Source: Candidatus Spyradocola sp. (GTDB lineage: Bacteria; Bacillota; Clostridia; Christensenellales; UBA1750). Taken from it: a stretch of DNA of 64,000 nt. Position 1 is the stretch's first letter; the number at the start of each line of letters is the position of its first letter. Of this stretch, positions 1-8,382 are shown piece by piece. A program made the position numbers and the translations under genes. The notes beneath the pieces are model-generated. The model worked only from the letters and a program-made list of their open reading frames with translations, did not search any database and had not been told where the DNA came from. Location: the NCBI GenBank assembly GCA_050942925.1, contig JBMNOF010000002.1, positions 50,483-114,482 on the forward strand. The letters run 5' to 3'.

Positions 1-259
1 GCTCCTTGGAGACCTTGGTGCACAGCACAACCTTGTCGCGCACGGGCGCGAGCGCCGCGCCCACCACCTCCTCGGAGTGGCCGCCGCCATAGCTTTCCGC
101 CGTGTCAAACGCCGTGACCCCGTGCTCCAAGGCCGTCTTGAGCAGGGAGATGTTTTCGCCGTCCGGGCGCACCTCCCAAGCGCCGCCGCCCAGCTCCATG
201 CAGCCGTGCACGATGCGGGAGAGGCGGATATTCGTGGAACCCAATTTCGTATCCTGCAT
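1..259 (-). CDS. aldo/keto reductase, N-terminal fragment (3' end lies beyond the left window edge)
   Basis: Absent from the ORF track because it has no stop in the window. My own minus-strand translation gives (MN)MQDTKLGSTNIRLSRIVHGCMELGGGAWEVRPDGENISLLKTALEHGVTAFDTAESYGGGHSEEVVGAALAPVRDKVVLCTKV, a typical AKR N-terminus (DTAxxYG). GGAGG at 266-270 favours the ATG at 259 over the ATG at 265. Confidence 0.8.
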   Translation of the reverse strand, partial: MQDTKLGSTNIRLSRIVHGCMELGGGAWEVRPDGENISLLKTALEHGVTAFDTAESYGGGHSEEVVGAALAPVRDKVVLCTKVSKE

Positions 260-302
260 GTTCATCCTCCTCAAAGAACAATTCTTCGGACAAAAGCGCG
301 CG

Positions 303-665
303 TTACGCGCGGTTGTAGGCCTCGATCACCAGGACGCGCATCTCCTCGTCCCCTTCGCCGTCGTTGATGATGCCGTGCGTGCCAAAGGCGGGATTGACCA
401 AAATGTCGCCCGTCTTGCAGGGAATGGTCTCGCCGTTGCAGGTGTAGTGGCCGTTGCCGGAGAGGAGAATGTAGAGCTCGTTGTCGTCCCCGTGCTTGTG
501 CAGCCCAAAGCTGGCGCCCTTGGGCAGAATCGTATAGTTCAAAAAGCGAATGGGCGCATCAAATACGTCCGCCGGCAGAATCGTGGCGTGGTGGCAGAGG
601 CCTTCGCCCTCGTGAATGCAGTCGTCGTGCAGAGGCGTTTCCAGAAAATTGCGAACGGTCAGCAT
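303..665 (-). CDS. cupin domain protein
   Basis: 120-aa ORF. GLHKHGDDNELYILLSGNG ... GDILVNPAFGTHGI fits the two-motif cupin pattern. RBS AAAGGAGG lies 7 nt before the ATG at 665. Confidence 0.75.
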   Translation of the reverse strand: MLTVRNFLETPLHDDCIHEGEGLCHHATILPADVFDAPIRFLNYTILPKGASFGLHKHGDDNELYILLSGNGHYTCNGETIPCKTGDILVNPAFGTHGIINDGEGDEEMRVLVIEAYNRA

Positions 666-796
666 GAGAATTCCTCCTTTTTATGATGGATTAAGAATAA
701 CACAGCCCGCGGCAGAAAAAAAGCCCCGGGCATTGACAGACCGGGCATTGTTCCGTACAATGAAATTTGGTGAGAACCCGGAGGGGAAGAGGAGAG

Positions 797-2068
797 ATGA
801 CGATGGAAATCCAGCTTCAACAGGAGAGCGTTTTTTCCGCACAGTTTTCCACCGCGGAAGAGGGATGGAAGAAGATTCGCCTGCGCTACCGCTCGACGCA
901 GCCGCGCAACCTCTATGGCGTGGAACTGGATGGCGAATGCCTTTCGGGCGTGTTCCTGCCCGCGGGCGGTCAGGTGCGCGACGCGGTGACGCTGCGGCTG
1001 CCCGCCGGCGCGCATGTGCTGCGCCTTTCGCGCCGCGAGGGCGATGCGCAGATCCTTCAGGTTTTGCTGGAGAAGGCGGAGCCCGAGGTCCTGCCGCCGG
1101 CCCGCACGCGGCTGAGCGATCCCGACGCGTCGCCCGAGGCGCGCAAGCTGCTGGCGCTGCTCGGCACCCTCTACGGCAAGCGCGTGCTCCTGGGGCAGCA
1201 CACCAAGGACATCCCCATGGGCGAGATCGCCTTCCTCGAGCAGATCACGGGGAAAAAGCCCGCTGTCTGCGGTTTTGAGCTCCTGGGCTATTCCCCCAAC
1301 ATCCAGTGGGAGACCTCGGACGAGCCGACGGTGACCGAGGCGCGGAACAACCAGAACACCATCCCCTGCGCCGTTGCCTGGGGCGAGGCGGGCGGCATCG
1401 TCGCCTATTGCTGGCACTGGTTCTCCCCGCTGTCGGGAAACAACAAGGCCTTCTACACCGAGCACACGGATTTTGACGTGCGCAAGGCCGTGCAGCCGGG
1501 AACGCCGGAACACGAGGCCGCGATTCGGGACATGGACGCCATTGCGGAGCACCTCCGGGTCTTTGCGGAAAAGGACATCCCCATCCTTTGGCGCCCCCTG
1601 CACGAGGCAGAGGGCGGTTGGTTCTGGTGGGGCGCCAAGGGTCCGGAGCCGTGCAAGGCCCTCTGGCGGGAGATGTACGACCGCTTTACTCGCGTCCACG
1701 GCCTGCACAACCTCATCTGGGTGTGGAATTCCCTGGACCCGGCCTGGTATCCCGGCGACGACTGCGTGGACATCGTCGCCGCGGACCTGTACGCCCAGGC
1801 CGGCAACTACGGCTCCTGCAAGTGCGACTTTGACTACGCCCGCGCGCTGTGCGGCGATGGCAAGATGATCGCGCTGAGCGAGTGCGGAACCAATCCCGAT
1901 CCGGAGCGCTGCGTGCAGGCGGGCGCACCTTGGCTGTGGCAGATGACCTGGTGCGGCGGATTCTGCACGGGCGGGGAGTGGAACAGCATCCAGCAGTACC
2001 GCCGCGCCTACGAAAGCCCCTATGCCGTTACGCTGGAGGACATTCAAAGCCTGCGCAGCCAGAACTAG
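797..2068 (+). CDS. glycoside hydrolase family 26 (beta-mannanase-like), no signal peptide
   Basis: ORF 767-2068. The WRPLHEAEGGWFWWG block and the HWFSP / WVWN motifs are typical of GH26. A purine-rich RBS (ggaggggaagaggagag) favours the ATG at 797. The N-terminal ~100 aa look like an accessory beta-sandwich domain. Confidence 0.8.
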   Translation: MTMEIQLQQESVFSAQFSTAEEGWKKIRLRYRSTQPRNLYGVELDGECLSGVFLPAGGQVRDAVTLRLPAGAHVLRLSRREGDAQILQVLLEKAEPEVLPPARTRLSDPDASPEARKLLALLGTLYGKRVLLGQHTKDIPMGEIAFLEQITGKKPAVCGFELLGYSPNIQWETSDEPTVTEARNNQNTIPCAVAWGEAGGIVAYCWHWFSPLSGNNKAFYTEHTDFDVRKAVQPGTPEHEAAIRDMDAIAEHLRVFAEKDIPILWRPLHEAEGGWFWWGAKGPEPCKALWREMYDRFTRVHGLHNLIWVWNSLDPAWYPGDDCVDIVAADLYAQAGNYGSCKCDFDYARALCGDGKMIALSECGTNPDPERCVQAGAPWLWQMTWCGGFCTGGEWNSIQQYRRAYESPYAVTLEDIQSLRSQN

Positions 2069-2123
2069 AAATCTGCGCCCCGTTTCCCTGCGGGGGAAAG
2101 CGGCGCAAAGGAGTTTTATTGCC

Positions 2124-3113
2124 ATGTTACGATTTGTACCCAAGGACGCGCAGTGCTTTGTCGTGATGGACTTGGAGTGGAACCAGCATTCGAGCCGGCC
2201 CAACCACGCCATTCCCCACGAGATCATCGAGATCGGCGCGGTCAAGCTCGACCGGGACTTGCGGCTTTTGGACGAGAGGCAGTACATCATCAAGCCCGTC
2301 GTCTACCCCGTCCTGGACAAGCACATTCGCCAGGTGACGGGCATCGATCCCGAGGAGCTCAAGGGCGGGCAGACGTTTGCCCGCGCCTTTTCCAGCTTTC
2401 TCAAGTGGTGCGGGCCCGGCGCCTGCCTCTGCACCTGGGGGCGGGACGACTATCCCGTGCTGCTGCGCAACGCGCGCTTCTATAAGATGGAGCTGCCTTT
2501 GGACCCTCCGCTCAACCTGCAGATGGTCTATGCGCACCTCCTGACAGATAAGCCCTCCACGCAGGTCGGGCTCTCCGCCGCCATGGAGGAGCTGGGCATG
2601 GCCATGGACCTGCCCGCGCACCGCGCCCTGAACGACGCCCTCTACACCGCCCGCCTCATGGCGCGCCTGCAAAAAGCGCTGGATGCCGCCGAGCCGGAAA
2701 AGGTCGAGGCCCTGCGCCGCGCCGCGGCGGAGGAAGCGCTCGCCGCGCGGTCGGCCACGCGCTCGGTCCCCACGGGCCTGACGCGGTATGACGACGTTTT
2801 GGAAAACGCGAGCTACACGGCGGTGCGCTGCCCAGTCTGCGGGGGGCCCACGCGCTTGACGCTGCCCTGGTTTGATTCCGGTCATGGGCGCTTCCTGGCC
2901 CTGTGCGAGTGCCCGGTGCACGGCACGGCCTTTGCGCAAATGCACTTTAAGCGGTTGTACAACGAGAAGCTCGTCATGCACCAGCGGGCCTATCTGGCCA
3001 CGCCCGAACGGATTGCGGACGTCATGGCGCGCCGCAACGCCGTCCGCGACGCGCTGCCGCGCGGCGCCCGCCGCGCCCAGCGCCCCAAGCGAGAAATGGA
3101 GGGAAGAGAGTGA
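2124..3113 (+). CDS. DEDDh-type 3'-5' exonuclease with C-terminal Cys-rich (zinc-ribbon-like) extension
   Basis: The internal ATG at 2124 is preceded by AAAGGAG. FVVMDLEWN (Exo I, D-x-E), TWGRDDYPVL (Exo II) and HRALNDALYTARL (Exo III, H-x4-D) are present. The C-terminus contains CPVCGG...CECPVHG. Confidence 0.75.
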   Translation: MLRFVPKDAQCFVVMDLEWNQHSSRPNHAIPHEIIEIGAVKLDRDLRLLDERQYIIKPVVYPVLDKHIRQVTGIDPEELKGGQTFARAFSSFLKWCGPGACLCTWGRDDYPVLLRNARFYKMELPLDPPLNLQMVYAHLLTDKPSTQVGLSAAMEELGMAMDLPAHRALNDALYTARLMARLQKALDAAEPEKVEALRRAAAEEALAARSATRSVPTGLTRYDDVLENASYTAVRCPVCGGPTRLTLPWFDSGHGRFLALCECPVHGTAFAQMHFKRLYNEKLVMHQRAYLATPERIADVMARRNAVRDALPRGARRAQRPKREMEGRE

Positions 3114-3592
3114 TCATTCGGCCCGCAAAAGAGGGGGACGTCCCCGCGCTCGCGGCCATCGAGCGCACCTGTTTTCCCGCAGCGGAAGCGGCGGGGGAGG
3201 AGCAGATCCGCGCGCGCTTTGCCGCCTTTCCGGAGAACTTCTTTGTGGCGGAGGAGGGCGACGCTGTCGTGGGCTTTATTAACGGCTGCACGACCGACGC
3301 GCCCGTCCTGCCCGACGAGCTGTACCACGATGCGTCGCTGCACCGGCCCGGCGGCGCCTACCAGACGGTGTTCGGCCTGGATGTTCTGCCCGATTTCCGC
3401 CGGCAGGGCATCGCCGCAGCGCTGCTTACGCGCCTGATCGATACGGCCCGCGCGCGCGGCTGCCAAGGCGTGGTGCTCACCTGCAAGGATCGCCTGAAGC
3501 CCTATTACGAAAAGTTTGGCTTTGTCTGCCAGGGCGTCTCCGCCTCCACGCACGGCGGCGCGACCTGGAACGACATGCTGCTGCGCTTCTAA
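3110..3592 (+). CDS. GNAT family N-acetyltransferase
   Basis: 160-aa ORF. The GTG start overlaps the upstream stop (GTGA). The acetyl-CoA motif region is DVLPDFRRQGIAAALLTRLI (R-x-x-G-x-A). Confidence 0.8.
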   Translation: MIIRPAKEGDVPALAAIERTCFPAAEAAGEEQIRARFAAFPENFFVAEEGDAVVGFINGCTTDAPVLPDELYHDASLHRPGGAYQTVFGLDVLPDFRRQGIAAALLTRLIDTARARGCQGVVLTCKDRLKPYYEKFGFVCQGVSASTHGGATWNDMLLRF

Positions 3593-3643
3593 AAAACCAA
3601 GGCCCCGGCCTCTGGAGAAATCGTCTCCAGAGGCCGGGGCCTT
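3591..3643. terminator. hairpin terminator between convergent genes (U-tract on the minus-strand transcript)
   Basis: Perfect 20-bp stem 3599-3618 / 3624-3643 with loop AATCG. The A6 run at 3591-3596 gives a U-tract for the minus-strand gene that ends at 3663. Confidence 0.6.
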
Positions 3644-3662
3644 GTTGCGGGAAGGGGCGGCG

Positions 3663-4994
3663 TCACGAGCGCGCAAAGTCCATGCGCACAAAGAGCGATC
3701 CGCCGGGGGCGGGATAGGAGAGCACGCGGCGGAGGGCGTAGCCGCTTCCCTCCATGGCGCGAAGGAGCGCCGAAGGGTCTACGTTCTGGCGCTGCTTTTC
3801 CACAGGGGCAAAGGCCGGGGCAAAGCGTTCGTCCAGCGCGCTACCGCCGGGCAGAAGCACGCAGGAGACGAGCGACGGCGCGCTGGCGGAAATTTGCCGG
3901 ATGAAGGCGGGGAGCCCCGTGTGCTCCACCACGAGGTCCGCCAGCACCAGGTCCGCATGCGGCAGGCAGGCGCTCGGGTCGCGCAGGTCCAACCGCAAAA
4001 GGGTGAGGCGGGACTCCAGGTGCGGAAAGCGCTCGCGGCAGGCGGCAAGATAGGCCTCGCTCACGTCCACGCCCAGTATGTGCGCGTAGGGAAGAGTCGA
4101 GGCAAAGGCCAAACCGTTGCCCCCCGAAACGCCCAGAAGACAGACGCTCTTGGCGGGCAGGTCGCGCATTTGCTCCGCCAGGATGCAGGAAAGCGTCTGC
4201 TCGACGCCCTGCGCAGACGCGGCGGCCTCGTAGACCGAAAGGGGGAGGTCCTCCCAAGGGCTGCGGGCCGGGGGCTTGGGCTTGTAGGAGCGGCTGTATA
4301 CCGCGGTGACCGTCTCCCGGATGTAGGTTTCGAGCATGGGCAGGTCCGGCGCGTGCAGGGCCAAGGAGATGGCGCGCGCAAGGTCATACGGCACGCGAAC
4401 ATGCTCGGAGGAGAAGACGCCGTTGCGATCGTGCAGAATCAGGTAGCTCGCCTGGGGGATGCGGTCGCAGGGATTGCCCACCGCGCCCGTGTTCATCAGG
4501 AAGCGGCCCTGGTGCGTCAAAAGAAAGGGATGATGCGCATCCCCCATGATCGTCACGTCGTGCGGACCAAAGCGGTACATGGCCATCTCCACGTTTTCCC
4601 GCTCGTTGTTGAACATGGGCGTGACCACCCGGTCGATGGAAAAGCGGCCGTGGTAGCAGAGCACGCGCTTGCCGGCAAAGTCCAGCTCGAGCGTCTCGGG
4701 CAGGGCGGAAAGGTACGCGCGCTCCCCCGCGGTCAAGCGCTCCCGGTAGTACGGCGCGCCAAAGCGCTCCCCCTCCGGAGAAAAGAGGACCAGGCGGTCC
4801 CAGTTGCCGTACACCGCCCCGCGGCAGCGCCGGCGCAAAAGGTCCAGAACCTCGTGTACGGAAGGCCCCTTGCCCAAAACGTCGCCCAGAAAGTAGATTT
4901 CGTCAATCCCGCGCTCGTCCAGGTCGGCGAGCACAGCCTCCAGCGCCGGAAGGTTGCCGTGGACGTCGGAGAGAAAAGCGGCGCTGCGGCTCAT
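3663..4994 (-). CDS. fusion protein: calcineurin-like metallophosphoesterase (N-terminal) plus class I SAM-dependent methyltransferase (C-terminal)
   Basis: 443-aa ORF. The N-terminus has SDVHGN, GDVLGKGP, GNWD, GDAHHP and NTGAVG, the phosphoesterase metal-binding motifs. The C-terminal ~190 aa have LLGVSGGNG (motif I-like) and an ILGVDVSEAYL...LRLDL (motif II-like) layout. The ATG overlaps the upstream stop (ATGA). Confidence 0.7.
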   Translation of the reverse strand: MSRSAAFLSDVHGNLPALEAVLADLDERGIDEIYFLGDVLGKGPSVHEVLDLLRRRCRGAVYGNWDRLVLFSPEGERFGAPYYRERLTAGERAYLSALPETLELDFAGKRVLCYHGRFSIDRVVTPMFNNERENVEMAMYRFGPHDVTIMGDAHHPFLLTHQGRFLMNTGAVGNPCDRIPQASYLILHDRNGVFSSEHVRVPYDLARAISLALHAPDLPMLETYIRETVTAVYSRSYKPKPPARSPWEDLPLSVYEAAASAQGVEQTLSCILAEQMRDLPAKSVCLLGVSGGNGLAFASTLPYAHILGVDVSEAYLAACRERFPHLESRLTLLRLDLRDPSACLPHADLVLADLVVEHTGLPAFIRQISASAPSLVSCVLLPGGSALDERFAPAFAPVEKQRQNVDPSALLRAMEGSGYALRRVLSYPAPGGSLFVRMDFARS

Positions 4995-6175
4995 GCGGGG
5001 TCCTCCAACTTTTCATAGATTTCGCGGATGCGGCGATGGAGCTGGTTGCGAAGCGCCAGGCGCGAATAGCGCTCCAGCGCGGTCTCAATGCCCTCGGACT
5101 CGATAAAGCGCATAAAGGCCACGGTCCGCGGATCGTCGGAGGCCGGGTAGCGGTAGGCGTAGGCGATGACGCGCGCCAGGGTCGCGGGGTCGCCGCCGTG
5201 CTTCAGGCAGAGCAGCGCCGCGCCGACCAGGCGGTCCTGCGGGCCGACCTTGCGCGGCGTATCCGAGCCCAGGCGGTTGATCGTATCCCCCAGGAGCGGG
5301 TTGTCGATGACCGCGAGAATCCGTTCGTTCCAGGCGGCCATCTCTTCTTTTGTAAAGCCGTATTCGCCGCAGAGGCCGATGGTGGACTCGGCCAAGGCGG
5401 ACAGGACGCTCTGCTGGATCTCCGGGTCCTTCATCGCCTCCGTCGCCCAGACGTAGTGCTTGGGGCTGGACAGGTACGCGATGGAGGCGTAGGCCGTGTT
5501 GAAGGTGTACATCTTGCGGTGCGCTTCCGCGGCAAGGTGGTAGGTCAAGCGGATCTTTTCCGAGCGGGGCGGCTCGCCCTTGAAGGCGGTGGCGTCCATG
5601 GGCATTTCGGGGTAGCCATTGGTGAGCACGCCCAAGGGATCGCGCTCCGCCAGGTTGTCCGGCAGCTCCGGGCACATGCAGATGGCGACCGTCTCCACGA
5701 CGCCCACACGCCGCTGTGCGTATTCCAGCGCGCTGCCGCCCAGCATTCCCTCGAAACAGCGGATAAGGCGGCGCTTGGCGTCGATTTCGTTGATGCAAAG
5801 GAGGATGTCCAAGGGTTCCTCCGGCGTCTCCATGGCCTTGCGGGCGATGCAGACGCACAGGAGCGAGGCCACCTTTTCGATCTGCTGGGAGGGGACGGCG
5901 ACCATCACAAGAACGCCCCGCCGCGCAACCAGGTCGGAGATTTCGCCCTCGCGGCTCAGAGACAGCACGTCAAACCCCTCGATCGTGACCGTTTCAAAGT
6001 AGGTCTTGCGCGCCTTATAGATGGTGTAGCTGCCTGCGCGGAGCAGGCGTTCCACGCGGGTCTCATCGTTGTCTACAAACGTCAGGTGACATCCAGCGCT
6101 GTCCAGAATCTCGGCGCAGAACCCTCGCCCCATCTTGCCCGCGCCGATGATGACAGCCTCTCTTTTGCTTCCCAT
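4991..6175 (-). CDS. mannitol dehydrogenase family oxidoreductase (mannitol-1-phosphate 5-dehydrogenase-like)
   Basis: ORF 4991-6208. The internal ATG at 6175 is preceded by GGAGGGG. The Rossmann motif is AVIIGAGKMGRGF. The length and the TFVDNDE pattern resemble MtlD-type enzymes. Confidence 0.65.
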   Translation of the reverse strand: MGSKREAVIIGAGKMGRGFCAEILDSAGCHLTFVDNDETRVERLLRAGSYTIYKARKTYFETVTIEGFDVLSLSREGEISDLVARRGVLVMVAVPSQQIEKVASLLCVCIARKAMETPEEPLDILLCINEIDAKRRLIRCFEGMLGGSALEYAQRRVGVVETVAICMCPELPDNLAERDPLGVLTNGYPEMPMDATAFKGEPPRSEKIRLTYHLAAEAHRKMYTFNTAYASIAYLSSPKHYVWATEAMKDPEIQQSVLSALAESTIGLCGEYGFTKEEMAAWNERILAVIDNPLLGDTINRLGSDTPRKVGPQDRLVGAALLCLKHGGDPATLARVIAYAYRYPASDDPRTVAFMRFIESEGIETALERYSRLALRNQLHRRIREIYEKLEDPA

Positions 6176-6302
6176 GCTTCCCCTCCGTCCGCTTCCACAT
6201 GACTTCATTATTTATTCATTATATCTTCCACTCTGCTGTTTCGCAAGAACAAGACCGTAAAGTCGACAGTTTTTTTCATGGGACACCATTGTTCCATAAA
6301 GC

Positions 6303-6315
6303 GGAACGGCGTTTC
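6303..6315. promoter_or_regulatory. candidate IclR/KdgR-type operator, site 1 (GGAAC-GGC-GTTTC)
   Basis: Imperfect palindrome whose core AACGGCGTTT is repeated at 6361-6374. It lies just upstream of the -35 of the iclR-family gene. Confidence 0.4.
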
Positions 6316-6323
6316 AAAAATGG

Positions 6324-6352
6324 TTGCAGGTCCGGTGGCTGTGTGGTATACT
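6324..6352 (+). promoter_or_regulatory. sigma-70-type promoter for the IclR-family regulator
   Basis: TTGCAG (6324-6329), 17-nt spacer, TGG-TATACT (6347-6352, extended -10). Confidence 0.5.
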
Positions 6353-6360
6353 CAAAATGT

Positions 6361-6374
6361 TGAAACGGCGTTTT
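6361..6374. promoter_or_regulatory. candidate IclR/KdgR-type operator, site 2 (TGAAAC-GGC-GTTTT)
   Basis: Imperfect palindrome located right after the -10, near the expected transcription start. It shares the AACGGCGTTT core with site 1. Confidence 0.4.
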
Positions 6375-6410
6375 GCATAGCAGAACACCGCGCACGGGAG
6401 GAAACACATC

Positions 6411-7172
6411 ATGGAAAAAGCCACCGTTCAGTCCATTGACCGCGCGCTGTCCATCATCGAGACGCTCGCGGGGGAAAAAGAGGGCCTGGGCGTTACGGAG
6501 ATTTCCACGCGCGTTGGGCTGCACAAGTCCACGGTGCATAGACTCCTGTCCGCCCTGGGCGAGAGAGGATACGTGGAGCAGCGCAGCGGCGGAGCCTACC
6601 GGCTCGGCATGAAGATCGTCGAGCTGTCCAGCCTCTACCTCAACCAGGTGGAGCTCAAGACGGAGGCGCAGCCCTATCTGCGCAGGCTCCTGCAGTTGAC
6701 GAAGCAGCCGGTGCACCTGGCGATGCTGGATGGATTGGAGATCATCTACATCGATAAGATCGAAACGATCCATTCCGTCCGCATGTATTCGCAGATCGGC
6801 AGGAGGTCCCCTGCGCTCTGCACAGCCACAGGAAAGGCCCTGCTCTCCGGCTTGCCGGACGCGGAGCTGTGCGAAAAGATCCGCTCGACCAAACTACCGA
6901 CCTACACATCGCGCTCTATCACGGACCCGGAGGCGCTCATCAAGGAAATCCGCTTGACGCGCCAACGCGGCTGGTCGCGGGATGACCAGGAGCACGAGCC
7001 GGGCATCCGCTGCATTGCGGCGCCCATTTACGACTACCGCGGCAACATCATCGCGGCTGTGTCGACCTCCGGCCTCAAGCAGATCATCACCCCGGCAAGG
7101 GACGAAGAGATCGCGGGCTTTGTCATGGACGCGGCGCACAGCATCTCCCAGCGCATGGGCTACCGCGACTAA
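6411..7172 (+). CDS. IclR family transcriptional regulator (KdgR-like)
   Basis: 253-aa ORF. The N-terminal wHTH is SIDRALSIIETL...GVTEISTRVGLHKSTVHRLLSAL. The C-terminal IclR effector domain shows GIRCIAAPIYDYRGNIIAAVS. RBS is GGGAGG. Confidence 0.85.
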   Translation: MEKATVQSIDRALSIIETLAGEKEGLGVTEISTRVGLHKSTVHRLLSALGERGYVEQRSGGAYRLGMKIVELSSLYLNQVELKTEAQPYLRRLLQLTKQPVHLAMLDGLEIIYIDKIETIHSVRMYSQIGRRSPALCTATGKALLSGLPDAELCEKIRSTKLPTYTSRSITDPEALIKEIRLTRQRGWSRDDQEHEPGIRCIAAPIYDYRGNIIAAVSTSGLKQIITPARDEEIAGFVMDAAHSISQRMGYRD

Positions 7173-7276
7173 AAAACCTTGTATCCCCAGGCGCAAGGCA
7201 GTGGGGAGCGCCCTGCATAGTTTTGCGCCCACACAAATACATTATGCGTTACCGCATAAAGAAGGAGTGTACCTCA

Positions 7277-8305
7277 ATGGCGAAAATCGTTACCTTCGGT
7301 GAAATCATGCTCCGCCTGGCCCCGCAGGGCTATCAGCGCTTCCAGCAGGCGCATTGCTTTGACGCAGTGTACGGCGGCGCGGAGGCCAACGTGGCCGTTT
7401 CGCTGGCCAACTACGGCATGGACGCGCACTACGTCACGGCCGTTCCCTCTAACCCCATCGGCGATGCCGCGATGAACGCGCTGCGCACCTTCGGCGTGGA
7501 CGTGTCCGACGTTGTGCGCTCCAACAAGCGCCTGGGCATCTACTTCTGCGAGAAGGGCGTCTCCATGCGTCCCTCCAAGGTCGTCTACGACCGCGCGGAT
7601 TCTGCCATTGCCAACGTCAAGCCCGGCGACTTTGACTGGGATAAGATCTTCGAGGGCGCGGATTGGTTCCACTGGACCGGCATCACGCCCGCTCTTTCCG
7701 ACGGCACGGCGGCTGTCACCCTGGAGGCCTGCAAGGCGGCCAAGGCCCGCGGCGTCAAGATCAGCTGCGACCTCAACTACCGCAAGAACCTCTGGTCCCG
7801 CGAGAAGGCCGGCCAGGTCATGGGCGAGCTGGTTCCCTACGTCGACGTTCTGATCGCCAACGAGGAGGACTCTGCGGACGTCTTCGGCATCCACGCCGAG
7901 CACACCGACATCAACAGCGGCAAGCTGGATGTCGAGGGCTACAAGTCCGTTGCCCGTCAGCTGGTGGAGCGCTTCCACTGCGAGAAGGTCGCCATCACCC
8001 TGCGCGAGTCCCTCTCCGCTTCGGACAACAACTGGTCCGGCATGCTCTATGACGGCAAGTCCGGCGAGATCTCCATCTCCAAGAAGTACTCCATCCGCAT
8101 CGTGGACCGCGTCGGCGGCGGCGACAGCTTCGGCTCCGGCCTGATCTACGCTCTGCTCTCCGGCTACGACAACCAGGGCGCCGTGGAGTACGCGGCGGCT
8201 GCCTCCGCGCTCAAGCACACCATCGAGGGCGACTTCAACATGGTGTCCGTCGCCGAGGTCAAGAGCCTCATGGGCGGCAACGCTTCCGGCCGCGTGCAGC
8301 GCTAA
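7277..8305 (+). CDS. kdgK: 2-dehydro-3-deoxygluconokinase (PfkB family)
   Basis: The internal ATG at 7277 is preceded by GAAGGAG. MAKIVTFGEIMLRLAP...GGAEANVAVSLA and DRVGGGDSFGSGLIYALL are PfkB signatures typical of KdgK. Confidence 0.85.
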   Translation: MAKIVTFGEIMLRLAPQGYQRFQQAHCFDAVYGGAEANVAVSLANYGMDAHYVTAVPSNPIGDAAMNALRTFGVDVSDVVRSNKRLGIYFCEKGVSMRPSKVVYDRADSAIANVKPGDFDWDKIFEGADWFHWTGITPALSDGTAAVTLEACKAAKARGVKISCDLNYRKNLWSREKAGQVMGELVPYVDVLIANEEDSADVFGIHAEHTDINSGKLDVEGYKSVARQLVERFHCEKVAITLRESLSASDNNWSGMLYDGKSGEISISKKYSIRIVDRVGGGDSFGSGLIYALLSGYDNQGAVEYAAAASALKHTIEGDFNMVSVAEVKSLMGGNASGRVQR

Positions 8306-8324
8306 GCGCAAACGCAAACAACAA

Positions 8325-8365
8325 TGCCCAGCGCTCTCCGATAGGGAGAGCGCTGGGCATTTTTT
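8325..8365 (+). terminator. intrinsic terminator after kdgK
   Basis: 16-bp stem ATGCCCAGCGCTCTCC / GGAGAGCGCTGGGCAT followed by TTTTT. Confidence 0.8.
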
Positions 8366-8382
8366 CTGGAGGAGGGAAACGG

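Noticed and set aside
659-2293. 544-aa minus-strand ORF
   Set aside because: It is antisense to the well-supported GH26 gene. Its composition is Arg/Ala/Gly/Leu-rich and low-complexity, it has no RBS and no recognisable motifs. It is a typical shadow ORF of GC-rich DNA.
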